A DNA stretch of 63,678 nucleotides, filler included, from Stramenopiles sp. TOSAG23-3 (Eukaryota): assembly GCA_900128585.1 (NCBI GenBank). It is 4 parts of 4 records of this genome, joined end to end, with 100 filler letters (N's around TTAATTAATTAA, not from the genome) between each part and the next. Parts side by side here need not be neighbours in the genome. Positions count along the whole stretch, not along the records: positions 1 to 29,590 come from LT642235.1; 3 more parts are not named here. One strand, written 5' to 3'. The notes beneath the pieces are model-generated. The model had not been told where the DNA came from and did not search any database. It saw only the letters and a list, made by a program, of their open reading frames with translations. Below, piece by piece: positions 9,790-20,330 of the stretch (position 1 is its first letter; every line of letters begins with the position of its first letter). The translations under genes were made by a program, and so were the position numbers.

Positions 9790-12255
9790 ATGGGTAATTG
9801 CACGTCCTTGGCAGCTCGGCACCATCCAAGTCCATGCAAAATAAACGGCAGGATGAAGAGTAAAACTTCGCAATTTAACATGTGCAAGGGGCGACCAGTG
9901 AAGGGAAACAGTTTGAAAATGAAGATGTCAGAGTTCTCTTTGAACGGGTTCGAAAAGAATGCCGACCGAACAGTGGTTCCGGACGAGCACAGCTGGATTT
10001 ACAGCAGTCTGATGAAGAAAAAGCCTTTTGATGCTTTATCAGCGGATGCACTGAATGCAATTGCTCTTTCGTTTTTCCCGATAGATGTCTCCCCAAACAG
10101 CGAAGTCGCAGATACAAATGTGTGCGCGAGCACGGCCTTTTTGGTTGAAACTGGCATTGTGTACGACAAAGAAAACGGGGTAAAGGTTCTCCACACGTAC
10201 AAGCCTGGGGATGTTGTCGGAGGGCATAAAATTGTGTGTGGGAACGATACCGAGAAAAGGCCTGTTGGGCCTGATGAGAGACAACTCTTTGCAAGCCCCG
10301 CGCAATCGTGTCGCCTGTGGGCACTTACTAGGCCCGCTTACCAGCGAACAATGATTCAGTTTGCAAAGCACAATGAAAAGAAATTCAGCAAGCTCGTACG
10401 GCAGATTCCGGCCTTAGCACCATTGACACAGATCCAATTAACTAAGGTTGCGAGCCAACTTCGACGGCTGAAGTTTGGAAGGGGCGAAAGGATCGTGTGC
10501 CAGGGCGACATTGGGGACGCTATGTATTTTATTGAAACAGGAAACGTTCAAGTTATCCAACGTTCTCGCGGTTCATCCGACAAAGTTGTGAACACGCTTG
10601 CAGAAGGCGCCTACTTTGGCGAAGCGGCATTATACGGTGATCTTTCCCAAAGCACAAGAAATGCCGATGTTGTGGCAGCCTCCCAAGTGCTGTACGTCTG
10701 GCAATTGACACGTAAAGACTTTGAGTTGCTGCTGGGGCCTCTACACGAAATTATCCGTGTGAATAGTGTCGCAAGAGTGCTGCAACGGGTAAAAGAGTTT
10801 GCGCCGTTGTCAAACAACGAAATTGAGTTGCTGGCATCAACGTTAGAGACGCGGAACTACAAGAACGGAGAGTTTATAATCCGTCAAGGCGAGGTAGGCG
10901 ATGAAATGTTTATTGTCGAGACAGGGGAGATTGCGTTTCTTCGATCGTCGGACACTCCGGTCAGGGAAGCGAGCGTGAATCTAAGCATGCAAACGACCCT
11001 TGGAGAAGATGAAGAGAAAGAAGAAAAGCAAAAACTTGATAAATGTACCATGAAAGATATCGGCCACCTCTTCTCAAATCAATACTTTGGAGAAGGGGCA
11101 TTGTTAACATGCGCCCCCCGACGCGCTTCAGCCAAGGTCGTTAGTCACTCTGGGGCTACATGTTTTGTACTCTCCGGCGAAAAGTTTAGAAGATTATTTG
11201 GTGATGAATTAAAACACAGCTTGACATCCAAATTTGCAAAGCGTGCTGGGGCTGAAGATGACAAGCGAGGGGAAATGATCGCGTTGAAAGACATAACAGG
11301 GATCAAACTCCTGGGGCGTGGATCATACGGAAAAGTTACTTTGATTCGCCACATTATCACAGGAAAAACGTTTGCATTGAAACAAATCTTAAAAGAAAAA
11401 GTGGAAAGCATGGATCAGTTTGATCACATCGATAACGAGAAGGACATTCTGGCGTCTATACATCATCCTATGGTGTGCAATTTAATACGGACACTGAAAA
11501 ACGAGCGCTCGTTGTACATGTTAATGGATGCTGTAATGGGTGGAGAACTCTTCAAGCTGCTGCAAGACAAAGTAAAATTCAGCAAAACAGAAGCCCAGTT
11601 TTATGGCGGTCAAGTTGTACTGGTGTTCGACTATTTGCACTCCCGAAACATTGCGTTCAGGGATTTAAAGCCGGAAAACATTATGGTGAACCACGATGGG
11701 TATATCAAATTATGCGATTTTGGCCTTGCCAAAATGCTCGATCACAAAAATAGCCGAACGTACACACTCTGTGGCACGCCAGCGTACGCGGCCCCGGAAG
11801 TGTACGCAGTACTCGGCCACGGGGTTGCCGTGGATTGGTGGACACTGGGGGTACTACTTCATGAACTTCTGGCCGGGTATACTCCTTTCATGGGCTCGGA
11901 TGCGAACCAAATATACTCCGAGTTAAGGAGATACGAAATGTATTACCCGCGGGTTGCCTTTCCACGACACTTTTCGAAAGTATCGTCGGAGTTACTTAAA
12001 ATGTTGTTAAACCCTCGTCCCCAGGATCGTCTTGGGTCGAGCAACGCCGGCGCTCAAGACGTAATGCAGCATGCATTTTTCAAAGACTTGTCCTTTCCTG
12101 ATCTGATGGCCAGAACGATCACACCGCCGCACGTTCCCATTATAAATGATATATACGATACCTCGAATTTCAAGGAGAGAAAAGAGGACTTTGAACGCGA
12201 CATTAAACCCGCCCCGAAAGGATACAGCCACGAGCCGTGGTGCAAACGGTTTTAA
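9790..12255 (+). CDS. cGMP-dependent protein kinase-like: three cNMP-binding domains (first degenerate) plus AGC kinase
   Basis: FGEAALY...RNADV and FGEGALL...RRASA cassettes; GRGSYGKV, FRDLKPEN, DFG, TLCGTP, DWWTLG; N-terminal MGNC acylation motif. Confidence 0.85.
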   Translation: MGNCTSLAARHHPSPCKINGRMKSKTSQFNMCKGRPVKGNSLKMKMSEFSLNGFEKNADRTVVPDEHSWIYSSLMKKKPFDALSADALNAIALSFFPIDVSPNSEVADTNVCASTAFLVETGIVYDKENGVKVLHTYKPGDVVGGHKIVCGNDTEKRPVGPDERQLFASPAQSCRLWALTRPAYQRTMIQFAKHNEKKFSKLVRQIPALAPLTQIQLTKVASQLRRLKFGRGERIVCQGDIGDAMYFIETGNVQVIQRSRGSSDKVVNTLAEGAYFGEAALYGDLSQSTRNADVVAASQVLYVWQLTRKDFELLLGPLHEIIRVNSVARVLQRVKEFAPLSNNEIELLASTLETRNYKNGEFIIRQGEVGDEMFIVETGEIAFLRSSDTPVREASVNLSMQTTLGEDEEKEEKQKLDKCTMKDIGHLFSNQYFGEGALLTCAPRRASAKVVSHSGATCFVLSGEKFRRLFGDELKHSLTSKFAKRAGAEDDKRGEMIALKDITGIKLLGRGSYGKVTLIRHIITGKTFALKQILKEKVESMDQFDHIDNEKDILASIHHPMVCNLIRTLKNERSLYMLMDAVMGGELFKLLQDKVKFSKTEAQFYGGQVVLVFDYLHSRNIAFRDLKPENIMVNHDGYIKLCDFGLAKMLDHKNSRTYTLCGTPAYAAPEVYAVLGHGVAVDWWTLGVLLHELLAGYTPFMGSDANQIYSELRRYEMYYPRVAFPRHFSKVSSELLKMLLNPRPQDRLGSSNAGAQDVMQHAFFKDLSFPDLMARTITPPHVPIINDIYDTSNFKERKEDFERDIKPAPKGYSHEPWCKRF

Positions 12256-12412
12256 AGGTTAAGTAAACCCCAGAGGATACATTTATTTCTTACACATTAA
12301 TTTTTCTGTTTTAAAAGTCGCGACTCTATCAGTTCTCATGTGTGTACTCCTTGCGTCGATGTCATAAATCTAAAAATATATATGATATAATATTAGTTAC
12401 AAATTAGTTCGT

Positions 12413-13955
12413 TTAGAACCTGATGTCTGAAACCCCATACCTTTCGCCAAATGCAATTGCCAACGCCCTCGTCTTAAAATCCATGATCCACCTAAATTGA
12501 GGCACGTTCCATTTCCCGACGAATTTGTTCTTTTCTATCATCTCGGGGCATTTTTCCAAGAGCATGTAGCTCATGTCATACAGATGACGAGGGTGACCAT
12601 TTGTAGGACAACATCGATTAGGGGGGACGCCAACATACACTATATTATCGTTCATAAAGCCGTTGCAGTGCGAGTACGCTCTAACGGTGTACTGGTCTCC
12701 AGAAAGCATTTCGTAACCAATTGGCAATTCCAGATATTGAAGCCCTACGGGCCTACATTGCTGTCTCAGTCGCCACGTTCGTTTCCGCGCTTCTATCAAT
12801 CTATGCGTCATGCTTGCTTGGTACTCTATTGTCGAGGAAGGTCTTGTCTCAACTACATCGGGGTCTTGCTCCGACAAACTGTAATCTATCACCGGCTCAT
12901 CACGCGTTACCTCCGGCGACGCTTCTACTGCGCCATGACCGTGGGTCTCTTCGGGGAAATCTGTTGCTTCTGCGTTGGCAAGCACTGGTAATTCCACGAC
13001 ATCAGCCGTTGGAGCATCTATGGGCTTTCTCTGTTGACCTATAAAGTCCATGATGTCTTCTTCGCCCCCCCCCCCTCTGCACTTTCTTAATGGGCGTAAA
13101 CGTTGGCATCGCCACCCCGTCGTCATCGCCTCGCTCCGTGGGTTCTAAAAGTTCTGGGGTCCTTCCTACCTCGCGGGATTTTGGCCTTGTTATACTATCG
13201 TGGACTTTGGTGACCGCACTGGCGGAAGCAACGGCTGCTTGCTCGTTCCGCTCCGATCGTTTCTTCATTGCTTCTTGCTCTATGTACTGCTGCAACCCGG
13301 CCTGCCGCTTCTGTGCTTCGTGCTCCCGTTGCACTACTCTTATCTTCGATTCGTTTTCCTTTTTGTCGGCAAATTCTAATGCCAGCGCGTAAATACTATC
13401 GTCTACCGCATCATGCCGCTCTCCGCCACCCCGCTCGTGTTCTTTTAGTTTCTTGACATCCACTTTTGTTGCCGAATGGTCTAGTATCATTTCTTTCTTG
13501 TGTATTTCTAGTAAGCGCTGGTGCAGTGAGCTGTGGACGACAGTATTTACAAGTCTTGGGTGGTTGGGATCATCGTGGTGTTTGTCGCTGAGCAAAGAAT
13601 CTTTCATATCTTTCCACGTCATCTTCATCAAGTCATGAATGTGCTGTATATCTCCCCCCTTCTCAGCAAAAATGTCTTCTAGCAACTCCGACTTGGCTCG
13701 CTGGAAAGCTCTTTGTTTTCTATGTAGCAACTTTTCCCTTTTCTTTTTCCGTGCCAATCTGCGCTTCTGCTTCTTCTCCTGTTTTGTCAGCACACGGGGT
13801 CGTTGAGGCTGTACCTTTATTGGCGACAGGGTCGGCTGAGGTTTCCATGTCCTGTAATCAAATTGAAGATGAAACACTTTCGACTGGATCTCACTCGGCG
13901 CCGATTTCTGCCCTTTCGTGTATATTCCACAGTTCGCCGTGGACAGCCAGCTCAT
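12413..13955 (-). CDS. Hypothetical protein, one gene split by a frameshift at a C11 run (13065-13075)
   Basis: ORFs 13002-13988 and 12413-13126 overlap at the homopolymer (...PIKKVQRGGG / GGEEDIMDFIG...); first ATG at 13955. Confidence 0.55.
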
Positions 13956-14329
13956 AGTCCGAAGCACAGGCAGAAACGCGAACAACAACTAACACTGTAC
14001 AAACGTCCCGAATGAAATACAGAAGTGAGAAATTAAGATCAAAGTCACGAGCCATACTATCAATTCATTTTATAAAAAATGGTAAAACTTGGTATTAATA
14101 TATGTCCAAATGAAGTAACAAAAAATATACCAATAATAATAATAATAATAATGATGATGATTGATTATTTCTTCGCCGGCCGAGGAGGAGGAGGGGTGGG
14201 GGGGACGGGGGTGAGGAGAGAGAGAGTGAGGAAGAAGAAGTAAGTAAGCTAACAACTAACAACTAAAATAAAATATAAAAGGGCAAATATTAATAATAAT
14301 AAAAAGAAGAAAGAAAGAAATCTAAAAAA

Positions 14330-14410
14330 GAAAGAGAAGAGAAAGAAGAGAAAGAAAGAAGAGAAAGAAAGAAGAGAAAGAAAGAAGAGAAAGAAGAGAA
14401 AGAAAGAAGT
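14330..14410. repeat. Purine-rich minisatellite (AAAGAAGAGA-type)
   Basis: Direct inspection; similar GA/TC tracts at 24280-24420 and 25600-25740. Confidence 0.8.
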
Positions 14411-14865
14411 CGTCTAGCAGTCTAGCAGGCAGAAAAAACGGACATAATTATAACCTAATATCTAACACTATTAGTTTAGATTTTCATAAAAAAACCTAAG
14501 CGAATAGCAACGACATGTAACCGATTGTACTTGTATAATACACAAGACTATAGTAATGAAATAGGATACTGAAATTCAAAAGCCGTTAATAAAAGAGAAG
14601 ATAATTATTGATGAATGAAAAGTGGTGTTTCCAGTTTCCAAGACAAAAAAGAAGGAGGGTCGACCCGCCGAGTTTTTCAACTAGAATCGACAGATGCAGA
14701 ATGAAACATATAGAGAAGAAAAGAAAGAAAGTGTTGATGGGGATTGAAGATAGTTGTTTTCCATAGTCTATAGGAGTGTACTTATATACCCAAGAGCGAT
14801 TGCTTTGAGGCGTTTCTAGAGTAGTAGGAATCGTTTCGTACCTTTCCAATCCAGTTCTTGCTAGG

Positions 14866-17800
14866 ATGTCTTCCCCGCCAAGGGCTACGGGGTACGTGGC
14901 CGAAGAGAAAAACGACGGGTATGGTGAAGAGGGGATAAAGGCTGTTGTCAAGGGCGAATCGGTAGAACCTGTCTCATCGATGGAGCCTATCGCAACGGCT
15001 GCGTCGGAGTTGAGTGTAATAGAGTCGATGGAGGGGAAGAGTAAGCCGGATGCCACAGTTCCTGAGCCGGCAGAGAATGCCGTTGCAGGTACGGACAACA
15101 CCGGTGATCGAGGGGAGGAAGCGTCCCCTGCCAAGGAGAAGGGCAAGGCGTTGGGCAGCGCAATAGACAACATAGAGGGTGGTGCCATAGACGCTGCGCG
15201 CACCGATAGTCAAGACGTGTCTTCCAAGTTTTCAGATGATGAAGAGGCGAAAACTGACGTAGCGGAAGACGATAGAAATAGAGACGACGATGACGGCAGT
15301 AGTGTACCACCTGACAACGATTCGTATTTGGAAACCCTTACGGTCACTACGCTTAACAGCGAACGATCTTCCAGCATTGGGGACGACTACAACTATGGGG
15401 ATGTTGAGTCGATGGACAGTCCAGACACAAAAGACCGGAGCCGGGCCATTAATTTTCGTGCAAACAGTGCCCCTCGGCACCGAACGCCAACCAACATCCC
15501 TACCATTTTTGAAGAAGACAACATTCCCATGCGCCCAGCAACGGCGCCCGGCAAAGCGCCGCTGTTTCCAGTGCACCAGGACTACGAATCAGAAAACGAG
15601 GATAACTCTTCAATTGCGTACACGCGCCACCAGGACGATGACTTTGCGACATCCGTGACTCAATCCAGGGACCACGGGTTCGAATCTTCCTTGACTCCAT
15701 CGTTGGCCCCAACCTCAGACGATGAGGAGGACGAAGTCATTCGTGGCCTGATGAAGGGTCAGACGAGGGGGGGGCAGGACATGGACGGGTCCATTGCCGA
15801 CATGGAAAGGGAGCCAACAGGGGATGAATTTATGCACGATCACCAGGATGAAGAGGAGCTTTTGGACGAACCCAAAGCGCTATCGGACGATGATGAGGAC
15901 GACGAGTGGAAGGTAATGGAAGATGTCACAGGGACGACGTTCTTATTGAACACGATCACCGGCGAACAGAAACGTGTGTTCGCACAAGACGATAGACGCG
16001 AGCAGCTTGGAAGCCCATCGTGGACGGAACCACCAGGGGTCCCCCGACGGACGTGGCAAACGTTGAGCCCTTCCCCGCTGCGACGCGTGGATGATGAGGG
16101 GCAGTTGTATAGCAGACGAACCCCGAAGAAAAATACACTGAAGCGTGCGAACCAGAGCGCGGATAAGTTCGTTCGGCAAAAGATGTCGGAAAGCCAACGC
16201 AGCCTTCCTTCCCCTATATCGACCCGCAAGGGAAAGCAGAAAATGTCTGTTTCTGCAGGTCGAGGGGGGCTTTTGGCCGCATCGTCGGTACAATATTTGC
16301 CGGTACGCGTGGTGGTCCATCGCGCCAACGCTAAAGGGGAAATAAGCGAAAATGATCGGTCCCGTGGTGGACAAATGGTCGACGTCCCAGCGAATAAGTA
16401 CAAGCGCGGAAGAGTCAGCGAAGCGGCCCGCAAGGAAGCCTTCGAGGAGTTCCTTTACGACGTCGCCATCCGTTTGCAGATGGCGGAACGAAGGGATCCT
16501 CTTGCGGCACCATCGTCCCCTAGCCGACGGCGTCGGGCAGAGCGGATCCGTACAGACCTAAAAGAGCTGGAAGCGCTTGAAAAGGAAGGAAAGTATGTCG
16601 ATCCGGTGTACATTGGCCAACTCGAAAATAAGTTGCGGTTAATGGAAGAAGCGGAGTTTTCCAGTGCGGGTGCGATATTTTCAAAACTTAAGAAAAACAA
16701 AACCAAGCCAATAAAAGAGAAGGGTGCGTTGGACGGTGGTGGGTCTCTCTACACCCCGCGGGATATGGGGCGGTTCTCTCTTTGGCACGCGACGTACAGG
16801 GCCCAAATTGTAGACTTTGACTCTATTCGAAGTGGTGATATGCTCCTCTTGCGAGACTCCAACGACGCCTCCTCCGATGCTCAGTTTCAGGATGGTCTGA
16901 ACTCCGGGGGGTCTGCGGTCGGTGGAAGTCTCGCCAGCATCCAAGGGATTCAAGGGGCGGACACATCGAAAGCGATTCTGCGTGTTAATGCCCAAGAAAG
17001 TAGTATGTTGACCGACACCAGCACGAACAACGACGATACAGAGAAAAGCAAATCCTCCTCCCCCTCAAACGTAATCGGGGAATCGGAAGACAAGCTCAGG
17101 TTGCGGCGGCTGGGACTATCGCAGTTGTTGAACGCGATACGTTCCAAACGGTCGCTGTTCGGAGTACCATTGGAAGGGGCAAAGGCTGCATTCAACGCCA
17201 TGGACCGCAGGGGGAAAGGCGTGATCTCTGTCAACGATTTTGGCGCGGCGATGCATCGCCTCGATATAAAGATGCCCAAGTCTGCCGTGTTCGAGCTGGC
17301 GAAACTTGTTGGCAACGGGAACGACGTAAGATACCCGGAGTTTCTCACTGCCCTGCGAATGGCGGCCGGCGACGAGCTTGCGTTTGCCGAAGAGGCACCA
17401 AGCGAGTACGGGGGCGACGACGAAGATTCCGGGGTCAGCGACCGCCGCTCGGTTCCAGAGCGGTTGCAGAAGCGCCACCGCCGGAAACGGAAAACGTACA
17501 AATCACTTCCAATTGACCGACGCCCCGACGAAGATCTGGTTTGGGACATAGAAGCGGCACCAGAAAATCCTGAACCACTCAGGGTGTACGCCGAGCGTTT
17601 GATTGCTCGGAGGCAGTACCCCCGGGCGTTGGACTATCTCGAGCGATCGCTCGCCGCGGCGCAACGGAACACCTTTAGGAGCGAGAAAACATTGGATCTT
17701 AAGTGGACCTCCAAGCACAAATCCCAATTGCAAATTATGCTCCGATTAGCCACGCTCAACAGTATGATGGAGCAGTTTGACGGCGCAGAGCAGGTAATGC

Positions 17801-19830
17801 AGGAAAGCATCATTTTCGCGGTCGGGCATCACCGGGCAGAGCCGCTTGCTGCGTATGCCATTTTGATGGAGCGGCTGAGGCAGTTTGACAAAGCCGAGGA
17901 AGCGTACCTGAGGGCGCTGGCGCTGGACGCAGAGTGCACTACAGCGCTACTTGGATACGCGAACTTGTTGGTAGACATTCGAGCGGACCATTCCACTGCA
18001 GAGATGTACTACAAACGTGCGCTGCGATGTGCCCGAATGGATGTTCACGACAATGACGTTCCATTGGTTATCGCTAAACGGTCCGTTACCGACGCGTACC
18101 TGAACTATGCTGTGTTCTTGAGCACCCTGAGAGGGGATCATAGCAAGGCTCTGGATTTGCTAGAGCATGCTACCAAGGTACAGCCAGAAAAGAACGCTCC
18201 TGTGCTGGTAGAATTGGGGCGGGTCCATGCGGCCCACGGCGACATGACCACGCAGCATATTCTGCAACACTACGAAGCGGCCCTGCGAATCGACCCCGAC
18301 TACGCCGATGCAAAGCTAGAGTTGGCCATGATCCTGTCGTCTCGATCCAAAGATCCTCGCGACCAACGAAGGGCGTTGGGTTTTTTCGAGCAGGTGCTGG
18401 AGAAGGACCCAAACAACGGCGCTACCCTTCTGGCGATGGCCCGCCACCTGGACTTCACCAACGCCGGGGCCCCGGTGCAGATAGAGCAACTCTACCGCCG
18501 GGCGATCACCGCAATCGATGGGGAAGCCAGGCTTGCACGTGGGCGGCCGGCGATTCAACCATGGGAGCCTCGCATGTCGTTGGCGACGTACCTTGAATTT
18601 AAGCGCCGGGACCCGCAACGGGCCGGATCCATGTACGAAGAAGCCGTACGCCTGGCCCCGTTTGAGCCGGAGTGCCTCGTCGCGTTGGGAGTGTTCCGCA
18701 AAACCGTGGTGGAAGACATCGATGGGGCGGAAGCCATGTTTCATAAGGCGCTGGATGCTGACCCGCTCCACGGGGCTGCCCTGGTCGCCATGGGCGACCT
18801 GCTGTGGACTGCGCGCGGGGAGTCCGAAGCTGCCGAAATTATGTACAAGCGTGCTGCGAATGTAGCTGGGAAAAAGGACGCCACCGCACTGCGTTCGTAC
18901 GCGCTGTTCCAAGCGAGCAGGGGGAGGGACAAGGCCGCCGCGTCCCTTTTCAGAAAAGCAGTGAAAGCAGACCCGAAACATGCCCCCACTCGCGCGGCCT
19001 ACGGAATCATCCTCATGTACAAATTGAAAGACTACGAGGTAGCAGAGCGGGAGCTGCTGAAGGCGATCGAGCTCGACCCGACCCAGAATGTGGAGGCCCT
19101 GCACCACTTGGGGAGGCTGTACGAGGAGCAGGTGCTGGAAATGAAAAGTATCGTCTCCGACGGAGGATACCAAGGCCGAGAGCGTGCCCTGCGGTGCTAC
19201 CGAAATGCGTTGGCGGTGGAGCCGGAGCATATCCCGACCCTCATCCGGATGGGGCTCCTCCTGAAGACAGTGGCCACCACGGCCCATCCTTCCGAGGCCC
19301 GCTCGACGCTGGACCGGGCGGAAGAGTGCCTGGCACGAGCTGCCGCTGCGGGCCCCGACGATGCCGACCCGAACTATGAGATGGGCGCCTTTCTCTTGGG
19401 GCGGGGCGCCAACCGTTTTGGTGCGGCGCGCCGGCATTTGCAACGGGCCATATCCTTGGACCCCTGCCACGTTCTTGCGATGGATGCGTTGGCGGAGACT
19501 CACGTATCGGCAAAAGAACCTGACTACAAGAAGGCGGAAGGGATATGGGTGCAGGCCCTTGATGTGAACCCTGCCAACGCACCCAGCATCGGGGATTACG
19601 TTCAATTTTTGGAGAATATTCGATCCCGCTGCGTGACGGCCGAGGCCCGCGTTCTTCGCGAAGATTCACCCGACGCCGCCCGCGCACTGGTGCTGTACCA
19701 GCAGCTGAGAAGGTACTCGACGTTGAAAGCAATATACGCGAGCAAGTCGGAAGAGCTAGGGGATTCAACCTGGCTCCGCCACAACAGGAGTTATCTAAAA
19801 GCGTTTCGAACACAGTTCGAACAACGCTGA
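14866..19830 (+). CDS. Large TPR-repeat protein with acidic disordered N-terminus, WW-like motif and EF-hand-like pair (1654 aa)
   Basis: WW-like EWKVMEDVTGTTFLLNTITGE; EF-like AFNAMDRRGKGVISVNDF; many TPRs (AEEAYLRALALDAE, AEAMFHKALDADP, ALRCYRNALAVEP). Confidence 0.8.
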   Translation: MSSPPRATGYVAEEKNDGYGEEGIKAVVKGESVEPVSSMEPIATAASELSVIESMEGKSKPDATVPEPAENAVAGTDNTGDRGEEASPAKEKGKALGSAIDNIEGGAIDAARTDSQDVSSKFSDDEEAKTDVAEDDRNRDDDDGSSVPPDNDSYLETLTVTTLNSERSSSIGDDYNYGDVESMDSPDTKDRSRAINFRANSAPRHRTPTNIPTIFEEDNIPMRPATAPGKAPLFPVHQDYESENEDNSSIAYTRHQDDDFATSVTQSRDHGFESSLTPSLAPTSDDEEDEVIRGLMKGQTRGGQDMDGSIADMEREPTGDEFMHDHQDEEELLDEPKALSDDDEDDEWKVMEDVTGTTFLLNTITGEQKRVFAQDDRREQLGSPSWTEPPGVPRRTWQTLSPSPLRRVDDEGQLYSRRTPKKNTLKRANQSADKFVRQKMSESQRSLPSPISTRKGKQKMSVSAGRGGLLAASSVQYLPVRVVVHRANAKGEISENDRSRGGQMVDVPANKYKRGRVSEAARKEAFEEFLYDVAIRLQMAERRDPLAAPSSPSRRRRAERIRTDLKELEALEKEGKYVDPVYIGQLENKLRLMEEAEFSSAGAIFSKLKKNKTKPIKEKGALDGGGSLYTPRDMGRFSLWHATYRAQIVDFDSIRSGDMLLLRDSNDASSDAQFQDGLNSGGSAVGGSLASIQGIQGADTSKAILRVNAQESSMLTDTSTNNDDTEKSKSSSPSNVIGESEDKLRLRRLGLSQLLNAIRSKRSLFGVPLEGAKAAFNAMDRRGKGVISVNDFGAAMHRLDIKMPKSAVFELAKLVGNGNDVRYPEFLTALRMAAGDELAFAEEAPSEYGGDDEDSGVSDRRSVPERLQKRHRRKRKTYKSLPIDRRPDEDLVWDIEAAPENPEPLRVYAERLIARRQYPRALDYLERSLAAAQRNTFRSEKTLDLKWTSKHKSQLQIMLRLATLNSMMEQFDGAEQVMQESIIFAVGHHRAEPLAAYAILMERLRQFDKAEEAYLRALALDAECTTALLGYANLLVDIRADHSTAEMYYKRALRCARMDVHDNDVPLVIAKRSVTDAYLNYAVFLSTLRGDHSKALDLLEHATKVQPEKNAPVLVELGRVHAAHGDMTTQHILQHYEAALRIDPDYADAKLELAMILSSRSKDPRDQRRALGFFEQVLEKDPNNGATLLAMARHLDFTNAGAPVQIEQLYRRAITAIDGEARLARGRPAIQPWEPRMSLATYLEFKRRDPQRAGSMYEEAVRLAPFEPECLVALGVFRKTVVEDIDGAEAMFHKALDADPLHGAALVAMGDLLWTARGESEAAEIMYKRAANVAGKKDATALRSYALFQASRGRDKAAASLFRKAVKADPKHAPTRAAYGIILMYKLKDYEVAERELLKAIELDPTQNVEALHHLGRLYEEQVLEMKSIVSDGGYQGRERALRCYRNALAVEPEHIPTLIRMGLLLKTVATTAHPSEARSTLDRAEECLARAAAAGPDDADPNYEMGAFLLGRGANRFGAARRHLQRAISLDPCHVLAMDALAETHVSAKEPDYKKAEGIWVQALDVNPANAPSIGDYVQFLENIRSRCVTAEARVLREDSPDAARALVLYQQLRRYSTLKAIYASKSEELGDSTWLRHNRSYLKAFRTQFEQR

Positions 19831-20330
19831 GAGAGAGGAGGGTGCAACAAGGGAGGATATAGGATATAGATCGATGGTGGTAATCTTTTTTATTATTATT
19901 ATTTTTTTTCACTTTCTTCATCTCTTCGTAATATAATAACTACTGCTGTGTGGTGTGTGGAACTGTGTCTCGCTCTTCTTCTCTCTCCTCTCCTCCTCAG
20001 TCTTTTATTTCTCTTTTTTGTTGTTGTTGTCCTTCTTTGTCCTACTACAGGTATAATACCGATACGGTACCTGGTATTATACCTGGTACCTGGTACCAGG
20101 AACCGGGAAAATCCGGTATTATTACTACCAGCCTTTTTACAGTGACCCAAAAACGATCACAAAAAAGAAGCCCAGCAGAAAAATCCAGAGTTGATTTAAT
20201 AATAACTTTGAAGCGACGGACGAACCACACAATAAATCAAATTCAACAGGATAGATACAACGGTTAAAGTTTTACACGACCATATACGTGCACGTCTAGA
20301 CACGGAATAAATACATCTGCCCAAAAAACG

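Noticed and set aside
13065-13075. Frameshifts at homopolymers (13065, 44984, 45282, 55845, 60815) as programmed frameshifting
   Set aside because: All lie in long mononucleotide runs, typical of sequencing indels.
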